A stretch of DNA of 35,354 nt, taken from the IMG/VR virus record IMGVR_UViG_3300005326_000038, positions 1 to 35,354 of that record; one strand, 5' to 3'. This document shows positions 25,512-33,895 of the stretch, one piece after another; position 1 is the first letter of the stretch; each line of letters opens with the position of its first letter. The notes under the pieces were generated by a model that saw only the letters and a list, made by a program, of their open reading frames with translations, was not told the origin of the DNA and ran no database searches. Source of the DNA: a virus (lineage: Duplodnaviria > Caudoviricetes). The position numbers were made by a program, and so were the translations under genes.

Positions 25512-26807
25512 TTATACCGTATTTTTGCGTGATTTAATTATCTGTGAGGCCCAGAACCGTGGATTTTTATACCCGCGCTGCCGGCCTATCTCGGTCAGTT
25601 CCTCGAGCGTGTGAGCCATGCCCTGACGGCGGCGAGCTACAGCGCGCACCAACTCCAGCTCGTGCGCGGCGTCCTGCTCTATCTGCTTGCGCGTCTTACC
25701 GTTATTATACCCGCAGTACGGGCACGTCTGCGCCACTCCTTTATATACGCGGTGACACGCGCCACACTCACGTACGAGTAACTCGGGCTCGGCGCTCGCG
25801 TTACGGCAGCGGTGCGACACTGTCAGCGACCACTCGCGTGGCTCGGTCGGCATACCGTGCCGGTATACGTTACCGACGAGGTCGTATATCGTCGCGCGCT
25901 TACCGGGCGCCGGTCTGAGACACCGCATCGACTGCTGGATATACAACGCGAGCGACTGTGTCGGTCTGAGCAGTATTACCGTGTCACAGTCGGGAATGTC
26001 GAAACCCTCGCCGACGAGGTCCACGCTCGACAGCACCGTGATGCGCCCTGAGCGGAAATCCTCGACGATGCGCCGACGCTCGTCCACAGGCGTGTTGCCG
26101 TCGAAGTGTGTCACTCCAAGTGAACCGAGCGAGCGCGAGAACGCGACCGACGGGCTGTATATGAGCGTCTTATGACCGGGCTTGATATAGTTTTTTATCT
26201 CACCGTAAATCTTGCTTTTTAATAACGAGGCTGTGAACTCGTCCATGTCGTAGTCAGCCCCGCGCGTCTTATATTCCAAGTCTGTCGCTCGCGGGGCGTA
26301 ATAGTCATACTCAGCGAGCCAGCCCTGAACCGTGAGTGTCTCAGCGTCCGGGCCAGTTATCATCGTGTCGAATATATCACCGAGCGGTTTACCGTCACGT
26401 CGCACGGGCGTCGCCGTCAGGCCGATCATGGGTACCGTGTTAAAATACTCGATGATATTACCCCACGTGCGCGCCGTGCAGTGGTGCGCCTCGTCAAATA
26501 TAATGAGTGTCGGTCGCTGGTACCGCTCGGGGTGTCGTGATATTGTCTGCACCATGCCAACGAAAATATTATCGCGCGAGATGCCGAACGCGTCGAACGT
26601 CGCGAGCGTCTGGTCAACTAGCTCGCGGCGATGTACGAGGAACCACACATAATTACCAGCTCGGTGCTGTATGTGCCTGTGCGCCATATCGGCGAAGCAC
26701 ACCGTCTTGCCGCTGCCACAGGGCAACACGACGAGCGGACGGCGCGCTGTTATGAACGCGTCACGGGTGCGACGCACCACGTCACTCTGATACGGCCTAA
26801 GTTGCAT
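25512..26807 (-). CDS. SF2 DEAD/DEAH helicase with C-terminal Zn finger
   Basis: LRPYQ, PCGSGKT, DEAHH, TATP, EGFD, QQSMRCLR, CxxC...CPYCG. Confidence 0.92.
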   Translation of the reverse strand: MQLRPYQSDVVRRTRDAFITARRPLVVLPCGSGKTVCFADMAHRHIQHRAGNYVWFLVHRRELVDQTLATFDAFGISRDNIFVGMVQTISRHPERYQRPTLIIFDEAHHCTARTWGNIIEYFNTVPMIGLTATPVRRDGKPLGDIFDTMITGPDAETLTVQGWLAEYDYYAPRATDLEYKTRGADYDMDEFTASLLKSKIYGEIKNYIKPGHKTLIYSPSVAFSRSLGSLGVTHFDGNTPVDERRRIVEDFRSGRITVLSSVDLVGEGFDIPDCDTVILLRPTQSLALYIQQSMRCLRPAPGKRATIYDLVGNVYRHGMPTEPREWSLTVSHRCRNASAEPELLVRECGACHRVYKGVAQTCPYCGYNNGKTRKQIEQDAAHELELVRAVARRRQGMAHTLEELTEIGRQRGYKNPRFWASQIIKSRKNTV

Positions 26808-27063
26808 TATTATCACCGCCCATCACTCTGTACACCGTCAGCAGCGCGTGGCGGTTAGCACCCTTGAACACGTACGCGACATCTTCGTAGATTTTTACGA
26901 CGTTGCTGTTACTGCGCTTGGCGTACTTACCGTCGTGCACCACCACGCCACGCTTGAACGCTCGGCGCACCATCATCATCGCTCGGTCTCGGTCAGTTAC
27001 CCCGAGACGCTGGGCGATGCGTATATATCCGTGCCACGATATTACTATCGGTCTATATGTCAC
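26797..27063 (-). CDS. small basic protein with BECR/RelE-like (DUF4258-type) RNase pattern
   Basis: likely GTG start 27063; ISWHGYIRIAQR ... LLTVY. Confidence 0.5.
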   Translation of the reverse strand: MTYRPIVISWHGYIRIAQRLGVTDRDRAMMMVRRAFKRGVVVHDGKYAKRSNSNVVKIYEDVAYVFKGANRHALLTVYRVMGGDNNAT

Positions 27064-29281
27064 AGTACTTGTCCTTATCGGGGATTTGATAGTGGTTATC
27101 GGGCTTGAGACCGATGCCGTAATACCACACTGTGCCCCCGATGCGCTTGCGAGATTTAGGTAATTTTTTCTGCATGTTGCGACCAAACTGCGTGTGTGAC
27201 ATCACATATTCCGTGTTGTCCTTGGCGTAGTTCTTGAAATTCTGATACAGGTCCGACGACGACGTTCTCAAGTCGCCGCGATATTCGCACGTCTCGTCCA
27301 TCCAGCGCTTAATAACGTCCATCTCGTCGCGGTACTCGTCGGTCGCGCTGGCGAACACAGCGGGCATAATTAACCCGTCACGCTGCCACAGTCCGCAACC
27401 GCGGATCATCCATGCGAGAATCTGCGGTATCTCAGCCGATAATTTATCGCCGAGTGACTTGTCCTGCTTCTCGTCCGGAATTACGACGTTGAACGGTATT
27501 GCTCTGATACGGCGCCAGATACCGTGGTCGTTACCCCTGATAACGGGCTTATAATTTGAAGCCATAAAAATTTTAAATATCGGTGTGAACTCGAACTCGT
27601 TCCCGTACAGGAACCGCGCGACAATCTTGTCGTTACCGCTCGTGAGCGATTTAATAGCGCTCTCGTTCATTTTGGCACCGATTTGTGTCTCGGACGTCAC
27701 TACGTTGCGGATTTTATTCAGACGCGCTACATCGCCGAGATTTGCGTTATTTCCGTTGTGTTTCTCGAGCAATATTTCGACGTTCGACGCTGACGCATAC
27801 GACCCGAGAGTCTTGTTCATAATATCAAGTAACAGTGATTTACCGTTCGACCCGTCGCCGATGAGCATAAACATACACTGCTCACGCGTCGAGCCAGTTA
27901 TCGAGTACCCCATCATTTTCTGTATGTAGTCGATAGCGTCTTGGTTTTCCTCGAATATCTCATTCAGAAACTTGAGCCATAATTTCGGGGACGTGCGGTC
28001 GATTTCATACGGCACATATTTGCTGAGCATCATCTCGCGTGTCGGCTGAGTCAGCACACCGCTACGCAAGTCAACGACTCCACTCGCGGTGTTGAGCAAC
28101 CACGGGTCAACGTCGAACATCTCGTTCGTCACAGGGATACCCGCGAGATGCTCGGATTCTTTCAGCATCGACACCTTGCCCGACGACGACAGCGCGCGCT
28201 TGACGTTAGCCAGCATCCCCTTTCTGATGTTCTCGTCATCGCAGGACTTCGCCTCAATTTTCATCATCTCGATAACAGCTTCGGCAAAATTCTTCACGTT
28301 GCCGAACGTGTCGTGTTGCCAGTATTTACCATTCCAGTACATCCACGATTTATTATCGACGTTATACCGTAACTGCTCGCCGAATTGCTCGATGAATTTA
28401 TGCGCGTTACCCGTGTCCGTCAGCCCGAACTCGTCAATATGTGCGGTTGGCTCGCTCACGGCTGGTGGCACGTTCGTGCACGCTTTATCTAGTGTACCGT
28501 TGCGGTAATCATCTCGTTGCCATTTCTGTAAGTGTTTATCATCCTTTCCTAAATAATACGGACTCGACTCGAACGCCTCAGTGACGCGCGCTCGGTCACC
28601 GTTGAGATAATACGATAATTTCGACAGCAACGCGAGGTCGTGCCCCGACTCGTCGTCACTGTGATCGTTTGCCCACAGTGCGCTCAGCTTGGTATCCTTG
28701 CTATACCGTGCTGGCTCGAACACGGTCGGCACGTTCTTGCGCATGTATTTATTCAATATGTAAGTGATATCGACGCTCGCTATCGAGCACGCCGATGTCG
28801 AGTTGCCTGTAATAGTCACAAATTTATTCGTCTGGTCTGATATATAAATCTCGAGTCCGTTCTTGCGGTTGTTCGTATAATACACCGATTTATCCAGTGT
28901 CGTATCCGTTTTAAATATTACGCGGATACCCGTACCACTCGGCGATATCTCAGTGTATGAGCCGATATAGTCGATAATCTCGTCCGCCATCGCGGACAGT
29001 GCTCCCGTCTCAGCGTCACGGCAGTGGTCGATATCAACGGCGCTGAATCCGTTAAAGATACCGAGACCGAGTCCGCCTGTCACGCGCCCGTCGTCGCTCA
29101 GCCCGTAATATTTCGAGAAGTTGCGCACGACGGTCGCGAACGGATAAAACGTCGTCTTGTCGTTCGATTTCGCCAGACCGCCTGTCTGGGCGTCGTACGG
29201 CAGTTTTTTACCGTCCGTCAGACGCCACAGGCACCACAGCCCATTATTTTTTAACTCAGCAGGAATATTATCCCATTTCAT
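27053..29281 (-). CDS. NrS-1-like primase-polymerase + D5/P4-type SF3 helicase with C-terminal winged helix
   Basis: VDIDHC, TEISPSGTG, EIY...FVTITG, helical bundle DDESGHDLAL, TDTGNA, GDGSNGKS, ARFLY, GIWRR. Confidence 0.92.
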   Translation of the reverse strand: MKWDNIPAELKNNGLWCLWRLTDGKKLPYDAQTGGLAKSNDKTTFYPFATVVRNFSKYYGLSDDGRVTGGLGLGIFNGFSAVDIDHCRDAETGALSAMADEIIDYIGSYTEISPSGTGIRVIFKTDTTLDKSVYYTNNRKNGLEIYISDQTNKFVTITGNSTSACSIASVDITYILNKYMRKNVPTVFEPARYSKDTKLSALWANDHSDDESGHDLALLSKLSYYLNGDRARVTEAFESSPYYLGKDDKHLQKWQRDDYRNGTLDKACTNVPPAVSEPTAHIDEFGLTDTGNAHKFIEQFGEQLRYNVDNKSWMYWNGKYWQHDTFGNVKNFAEAVIEMMKIEAKSCDDENIRKGMLANVKRALSSSGKVSMLKESEHLAGIPVTNEMFDVDPWLLNTASGVVDLRSGVLTQPTREMMLSKYVPYEIDRTSPKLWLKFLNEIFEENQDAIDYIQKMMGYSITGSTREQCMFMLIGDGSNGKSLLLDIMNKTLGSYASASNVEILLEKHNGNNANLGDVARLNKIRNVVTSETQIGAKMNESAIKSLTSGNDKIVARFLYGNEFEFTPIFKIFMASNYKPVIRGNDHGIWRRIRAIPFNVVIPDEKQDKSLGDKLSAEIPQILAWMIRGCGLWQRDGLIMPAVFASATDEYRDEMDVIKRWMDETCEYRGDLRTSSSDLYQNFKNYAKDNTEYVMSHTQFGRNMQKKLPKSRKRIGGTVWYYGIGLKPDNHYQIPDKDKYCDI

Positions 29282-29288
29282 TTTGATG

Positions 29289-29849
29289 CTATTCCCACGG
29301 TAATCTGTTATCGTCCGGTGCTGGTACTGGTGCGGTCGCTGTCGCGGTCGGTACTGGGCCAGTATATTTCTTAATAGCGAGCGGTTTTACCTTGCCAGCC
29401 TTGAACGACTCGATCGAGCGGTACTCACGGATTTTTACTGAGGTTTTAATTTGCCCGTCCTTGAGATATTCTTCCTCGGCGTAATTTGCGACAAAGTATT
29501 TGCCTTTTAAACAGTCGGGATTATTCCAGTCGAAGATGAAATTCTTGTTTGATTTTTCAACCGCAACGATGAACGCTGTGAAAAAGTCGATGGCTTTATC
29601 TTTATAACTGCGGTACCCGATACCCTGCGCGGGCCAGTTACCGAATTGCGCTTCTTGTCTTGTGAACTCGCCTTTCAATTCCCCGTCGGCGATATCAACG
29701 AATAATTTTAAATATTCGAGATTCGGCCAATCCTCAACGTCAACGATTTTAACGATGTACGGTCCGACTTTCAGTGACGCATAATCCGAGGCAACAACCT
29801 CGTCGATGGTCGTGCGTGTTTCATTCCAATTTTCAGGTTTCTTAATCAT
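29289..29849 (-). CDS. putative single-stranded DNA-binding protein (DUF669-like)
   Basis: next to the Sak4-like gene; GPYIVKIVDVE; flexible tail ending DDNRLPWE. Confidence 0.7.
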   Translation of the reverse strand: MIKKPENWNETRTTIDEVVASDYASLKVGPYIVKIVDVEDWPNLEYLKLFVDIADGELKGEFTRQEAQFGNWPAQGIGYRSYKDKAIDFFTAFIVAVEKSNKNFIFDWNNPDCLKGKYFVANYAEEEYLKDGQIKTSVKIREYRSIESFKAGKVKPLAIKKYTGPVPTATATAPVPAPDDNRLPWE

Positions 29850-30469
29850 TATTTGACATCTCCTATGTTATAGTATTTTTTAATAGCTTGCGTGACGGCA
29901 GCGAGGTCGTTGTCGATTTCCTCATCGGCGAACATGCCCATCGGCGTCTTGGTAATTTCTTGGTTGTTACCTGTGGTTTTAAACACGTATTTATTATCGT
30001 GTTTCTCGGATTTCAGCGCGATAGTTACCACGCCTGCGATGTTGTATTTCTCATCGAGCATCTTGCCAGCCGTCATCGGGCGTTCGTAGCCGTCGGCGTC
30101 GGTGTCGATATGCATGAAGAAGTACACAATTTTATTATCGGGTAAACTGAATTTCACGAAACGGAGTAACTCGTAAAAGTTACGCGCCATCTCTGTGAAT
30201 TTTTCATACCCCTTTTCAAAACATCTGTTCATGAACTCGTTCGTCATGAGATACCCCGCGTCATCAATAACGATGACGTCTTTCGGTGCTGTGACGAGCG
30301 CCTGCTTAATCTTCGCGTAGTCGTCCGACACGAACGTCTTATGCTCTGATTTAAACGGTAACTCCTTCCCCAGCACGTTAATAATAGCGACATCGCCCGG
30401 TGCGAAATTGCGCAGCGATGCCGACTTGCCACTACCTGACCGGCCTAATACTAAAACTAATCTTGCCAT
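29849..30469 (-). CDS. Sak4-like AAA_24 ATPase/single-strand annealing protein
   Basis: LVLGRSGSGKS, IVIDD, KTPMGMF, IDNDL. Confidence 0.85.
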   Translation of the reverse strand: MARLVLVLGRSGSGKSASLRNFAPGDVAIINVLGKELPFKSEHKTFVSDDYAKIKQALVTAPKDVIVIDDAGYLMTNEFMNRCFEKGYEKFTEMARNFYELLRFVKFSLPDNKIVYFFMHIDTDADGYERPMTAGKMLDEKYNIAGVVTIALKSEKHDNKYVFKTTGNNQEITKTPMGMFADEEIDNDLAAVTQAIKKYYNIGDVK

Positions 30470-30470
30470 A

Positions 30471-31304
30471 TTACTCCTCTCTCTCGCTTAATAGTGATGC
30501 TTGATACTGCTTACAAAAATCTCGTGCTTGACAATACCGGCTGCATTTACGGTCAATGCCTCGGCGTACCTCGACGGTCTGTGACAGCGCCGCAGCCTCG
30601 GCGTACGTGTCGCATATCTTAATGGCGCGGCTCTTACCCATCGCGGCGAACCTGTCGCCTGAGTTCCAGCGCTCGGCCTCGGTGCACGGTGGCACAGTGC
30701 CAGCTGCCAGCACGGCGATGCGCTCACGGATATATTGCTCGATTTCCTGCATGTCGCTCACTGTCACGTGATATTCCCACGTCACGAGTGGTGTGGCTGG
30801 ATATGACGTGCGCCGTTCGAGGTCGCTCGCCGACCAGTCTTTTAATAAAATATGGAACTGTAACCGCTCGACGTGCTTGCCAATCCGAGCGAGTAACCAC
30901 GCATACATGAGCCCTTGCTTGCGGTAGTCGTCATAATCGGCCATGAGCACCTTATACACGCTCGCCGTCTTATAATCTACCAACGAGCACGTCTCGGCGT
31001 CATACAGGTCATATTGCCCTGTGAGTGTGTACCCAGCGATAATATCGGCACGTAATCGGATCTCCGACTCGCCACTGCCATCGAATTTCGCGAGGTAGTC
31101 GTGCACAGCCGTGCCGATAATGAGGTTGACATACTCGCTCGCATCTTGCTCGATGCGGTTAAAATTCTGACGCGTGAGCACGATTTCCTGAATCGGTTTC
31201 AGTAACTCAGTCACCGAGTACTCGCCGTCGACTGGCACGCGGATGCCGTCCTGAATAGCGCGCATAAACGCCACGGGTAAATTATTCGAGTTTGTTATCA
31301 ACAT
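30471..31304 (-). CDS. Cas4-like PD-(D/E)XK exonuclease
   Basis: YSVTELL, GTAVH, GQYD...DYKT, QxxxY, C-terminal CSRYCQARDFC. Confidence 0.85.
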   Translation of the reverse strand: MLITNSNNLPVAFMRAIQDGIRVPVDGEYSVTELLKPIQEIVLTRQNFNRIEQDASEYVNLIIGTAVHDYLAKFDGSGESEIRLRADIIAGYTLTGQYDLYDAETCSLVDYKTASVYKVLMADYDDYRKQGLMYAWLLARIGKHVERLQFHILLKDWSASDLERRTSYPATPLVTWEYHVTVSDMQEIEQYIRERIAVLAAGTVPPCTEAERWNSGDRFAAMGKSRAIKICDTYAEAAALSQTVEVRRGIDRKCSRYCQARDFCKQYQASLLSEREE

Positions 31305-31527
31305 CGGTCGTCACCTCCGGCAAATCGGTTGTCATCATCCCCCTGAGTTCTACGGTCGTGGTCTTGTAATATTTAGCCAGCGCGCGCAGGATTTTCGACC
31401 CGACAATCTTGCCCCGCTCGGTGTTGTAAATTGACACATACGACAACCCAGTTCTTGCCCCGAGTTTTATGAGTGTCAAATTTTCGGCTTCCCGTTTCTC
31501 ACGTAGCCATCTTCCTAGTTCATTCAT
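31282..31527 (-). CDS. XRE/Cro-like HTH regulator, first gene of the early arm
   Basis: LREKREAENLTLIKLGARTGLSYVSIYNTERG. Confidence 0.85.
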   Translation of the reverse strand: MNELGRWLREKREAENLTLIKLGARTGLSYVSIYNTERGKIVGSKILRALAKYYKTTTVELRGMMTTDLPEVTTDVDNKLE

Positions 31528-31555
31528 TTATTCATCACCTTCCCCTTGCACCATA

Positions 31556-31584
31556 ATATTATCATACCACCCTAACACTGTCAA
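31556..31584 (-). promoter_or_regulatory. sigma70/sigmaA-type promoter heading the early arm
   Basis: TTGACA-17 bp (ending GGTATGA)-TAATAT. Confidence 0.7.
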
Positions 31585-31613
31585 CAATTATTTTTATAAA
31601 TTTAAATTGGCCG

Positions 31614-31718
31614 TGCGTACTGTCAGGACGATTTAATGCTTTTTTATAATCTTTCTATATAATTTTCTCTCGCGTAATGAAAATATAAAAATGATAAAAA
31701 CCATCCTGACTGTACGCA
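31614..31718. other. origin-like non-coding element B (15-bp inverted repeat flanking an AT-rich/CGCGT core)
   Basis: TGCGTACTGTCAGGA (31614-28) / TCCTGACTGTACGCA (31704-18), 14/15 complementary; homologous to element A. Confidence 0.6.
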
Positions 31719-31812
31719 AAAATAGCCGTCAAGGTGCGCGCGCACGCGTACGCACGGGGGCGGACGTGACGGGTGCGTCATGCGGGCGGACGTGCGGGTA
31801 CGCGGACAGCAT

Positions 31813-31836
31813 AAAAAAAACGGCCCGGAGGCCGTT
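31813..31836 (-). terminator. intrinsic terminator ending the late arm
   Basis: aacggcc-tccg-ggccgtt continuing into a T8 run on the minus strand. Confidence 0.9.
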
Positions 31837-31841
31837 ATATA

Positions 31842-32711
31842 TTATGCGCGTGCTTCAATTTCTACCGCTTGCGTGACAGCGTTAATTCTTACTGGCTCGA
31901 CTGGTTTAACGAATTCGCACAGGAAGTCTTGACGAGCTTGATATGCGTTTTTAAGTTTATTACACTGCAAGTGGGTGAACCTGTAAGCGTTGAATATCGC
32001 GAACGCGATCGTCGTGCCGTTCGACACGATTTCATAAAACAGGTTGTTCATCTCACCCATCGCAAATATCGTGAACAACGCCGAGAAGATAGCGCCGTTA
32101 ATAGCAATATTAATATTTTTAATAGCGAGGTCGGTTTTTTCATTAACAACCATACTCGGGTGCGCGTGCTTCGTGACGTCGTTATTTAACATTATGTGGT
32201 TATAATCCAAGCGTTCATATTTAATATGCCCGTTAATAGCGTTTTTAACCACTTTGCGCAATCTTTTACTCTCTCTGCGTGTCAACATATACTCCGCGCA
32301 TAACGTGTCTATATCGGCCGTTTTGACATCTTCGTAACGCAGCGCCGATGTTATTTTTTGAATAGCCACGTTAGCGGCCTGAGCGTAGCGCGCGGCGTTA
32401 CCGTCCGCGATGTGTTTGCGCACGACAGCTTGCCCACCATTTTTATATACGCTCGTGACGTAGCGCGCGTAATCTGAGAACGTCGCATATAACGACGACT
32501 TGGAATCCGCGCGACGCGTGAGCATGTTATTAAAATAAATGATGTTGAACGTCAGCACGGAAACGAGCGTTTTCAGAGCGACGATAACCCAAAATTCAAG
32601 CGTTATAATTCGCTCAGGGTGATATACGAGCGACGACGCGATGGATACCAGCGCGATAGCGATGATGATGAACGCGTACCCGACGCCCGACCGCCAGTTA
32701 ATTTTACTCAT
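31842..32711 (-). CDS. 4-TM membrane protein (2 TM + ~165-aa soluble domain + 2 TM)
   Basis: hydrophobic segments by eye; ATGA-coupled. Confidence 0.8.
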   Translation of the reverse strand: MSKINWRSGVGYAFIIIAIALVSIASSLVYHPERIITLEFWVIVALKTLVSVLTFNIIYFNNMLTRRADSKSSLYATFSDYARYVTSVYKNGGQAVVRKHIADGNAARYAQAANVAIQKITSALRYEDVKTADIDTLCAEYMLTRRESKRLRKVVKNAINGHIKYERLDYNHIMLNNDVTKHAHPSMVVNEKTDLAIKNINIAINGAIFSALFTIFAMGEMNNLFYEIVSNGTTIAFAIFNAYRFTHLQCNKLKNAYQARQDFLCEFVKPVEPVRINAVTQAVEIEARA

Positions 32712-33148
32712 AAGTGTATCGCCAGACTCTCGGCCCCAGCCTCAGCGCGCGCCTCGACGCGCATTTTCTCGTCTGAGTAAGCACTGTGGAATTTCAGCGC
32801 GCGGTTACCGAGCGAGGAAAATATCATAAAAATTATATACCCGACCAGCGCCGCGAGGATAATGAAGAATAAATCATTTATAATCGGCTCGAGGAAATAC
32901 ACGATACCGAGCAGTACCCCGAGAAATATCACGGTTGAAAATCGCTTGTCAATTTGCTTGAACGCGCCAGCGATGAGCGCCACGCAAAATATAAGCCCCA
33001 TAATAAGGCCCATGGCGAGGTCAGGCGTCTGTGTCGGTGTGAAATACTCCGCGCGATTTATAAAGAACCATACGCCCATGGGCGCGAGCATGCCCGCGAC
33101 AGCGAGCAGCCAGAACCCGATACCCCAGAATATTTTATTCCGTGCCAT
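32708..33148 (-). CDS. 4-TM membrane protein (holin-like position)
   Basis: four hydrophobic helices, charged C-terminus; GGAGG RBS. Confidence 0.8.
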   Translation of the reverse strand: MARNKIFWGIGFWLLAVAGMLAPMGVWFFINRAEYFTPTQTPDLAMGLIMGLIFCVALIAGAFKQIDKRFSTVIFLGVLLGIVYFLEPIINDLFFIILAALVGYIIFMIFSSLGNRALKFHSAYSDEKMRVEARAEAGAESLAIHL

Positions 33149-33608
33149 CAGGTACCGCCTCCGTACCGAGCGTGATTTTCAGTAATTCATTCAGGCGTGC
33201 GTCGCGTTCCTGCAGTGTCGTTATCATCGCACGCACGTTATCGGACAGCGTGGCATTTTCAGATATGAGCGTGCTTATCCGCTCGGACTGTGTGATGATG
33301 GTCGCCTGTGCGTTGTGCTCGAACCTATCGAGCGTGGCGTAAATCTGCGTTGCGGACTCGGCCGATATCTTGTTAGCCGTGCGTAACTGTTCGACCTCGG
33401 CATCGAGTTTGCTACGTAATTTTTTTAAAATAGCCCACCCGAGAGTAACAATGGTGCCTGACGAGATGAACGACAGCACGGTCGCGACCGCCCAGTCCTT
33501 AATCTGTTGCGCGGTCTCGGTTACGGTCGGTAACTCGGCTGCGTATACAGGCGAGATAGCCAGCATGATACCGAGAGATAACAGAATTACGAGTGATAAT
33601 TTTCTCAT
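33135..33608 (-). CDS. signal peptide + TM + coiled-coil protein
   Basis: MRKLSLVILLSLGIMLAISPVYA|AE, TM WAVATV...WAIL, basic stop KKLRSK, heptad region. Confidence 0.8.
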   Translation of the reverse strand: MRKLSLVILLSLGIMLAISPVYAAELPTVTETAQQIKDWAVATVLSFISSGTIVTLGWAILKKLRSKLDAEVEQLRTANKISAESATQIYATLDRFEHNAQATIITQSERISTLISENATLSDNVRAMITTLQERDARLNELLKITLGTEAVPDGTE

Positions 33609-33817
33609 TTGTCTAAGCCCCCTGACATGAACGCCACGATGAATTTGTTAATTTTGCGATTTATACCCGTCTCGATATTGGTAATCTGTTGAGACAAGCG
33701 CGCGATAGTTTCTGTCTGCTCGATCATAATCGCATCGAGCGAGCGCCCGTTAATTTCGAGCGTTGAAGATTCAACCCATTTAAGCGTCTCACCGTGACCT
33801 CTTATTGCAATTTTCAT
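33605..33817 (-). CDS. small coiled-coil protein (start MKIAIRGH, 70 aa)
   Basis: GGGGG RBS before ATG 33817; ATGA overlap downstream. Confidence 0.65.
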   Translation of the reverse strand: MKIAIRGHGETLKWVESSTLEINGRSLDAIMIEQTETIARLSQQITNIETGINRKINKFIVAFMSGGLDK

Positions 33818-33862
33818 ATAATTAAACCCCCATAATATATAGTATTTATTGTGAAACATGTA

Positions 33863-33882
33863 GGCGGTTATACGCTACCGCC
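33863..33882 (-). terminator. hairpin after the fibre gene
   Basis: ggcggt-tatacgct-accgcc; weak U-tract. Confidence 0.4.
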
Positions 33883-33895
33883 AAACGTGAAATTG

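Noticed and set aside
30471-31304. Cas4-like gene as evidence for a CRISPR-Cas system
   Set aside because: No array or other cas genes; its context (Sak4-like, SSB) is a standard phage recombination module.
31282-31600. Lysogeny switch or prophage
   Set aside because: No integrase, divergent repressor, partition genes or host flanks.
31691-31876. 61-aa plus-strand ORF in the control region
   Set aside because: No RBS, it crosses the inverted repeat and terminator, and it opposes the genome-wide strand.
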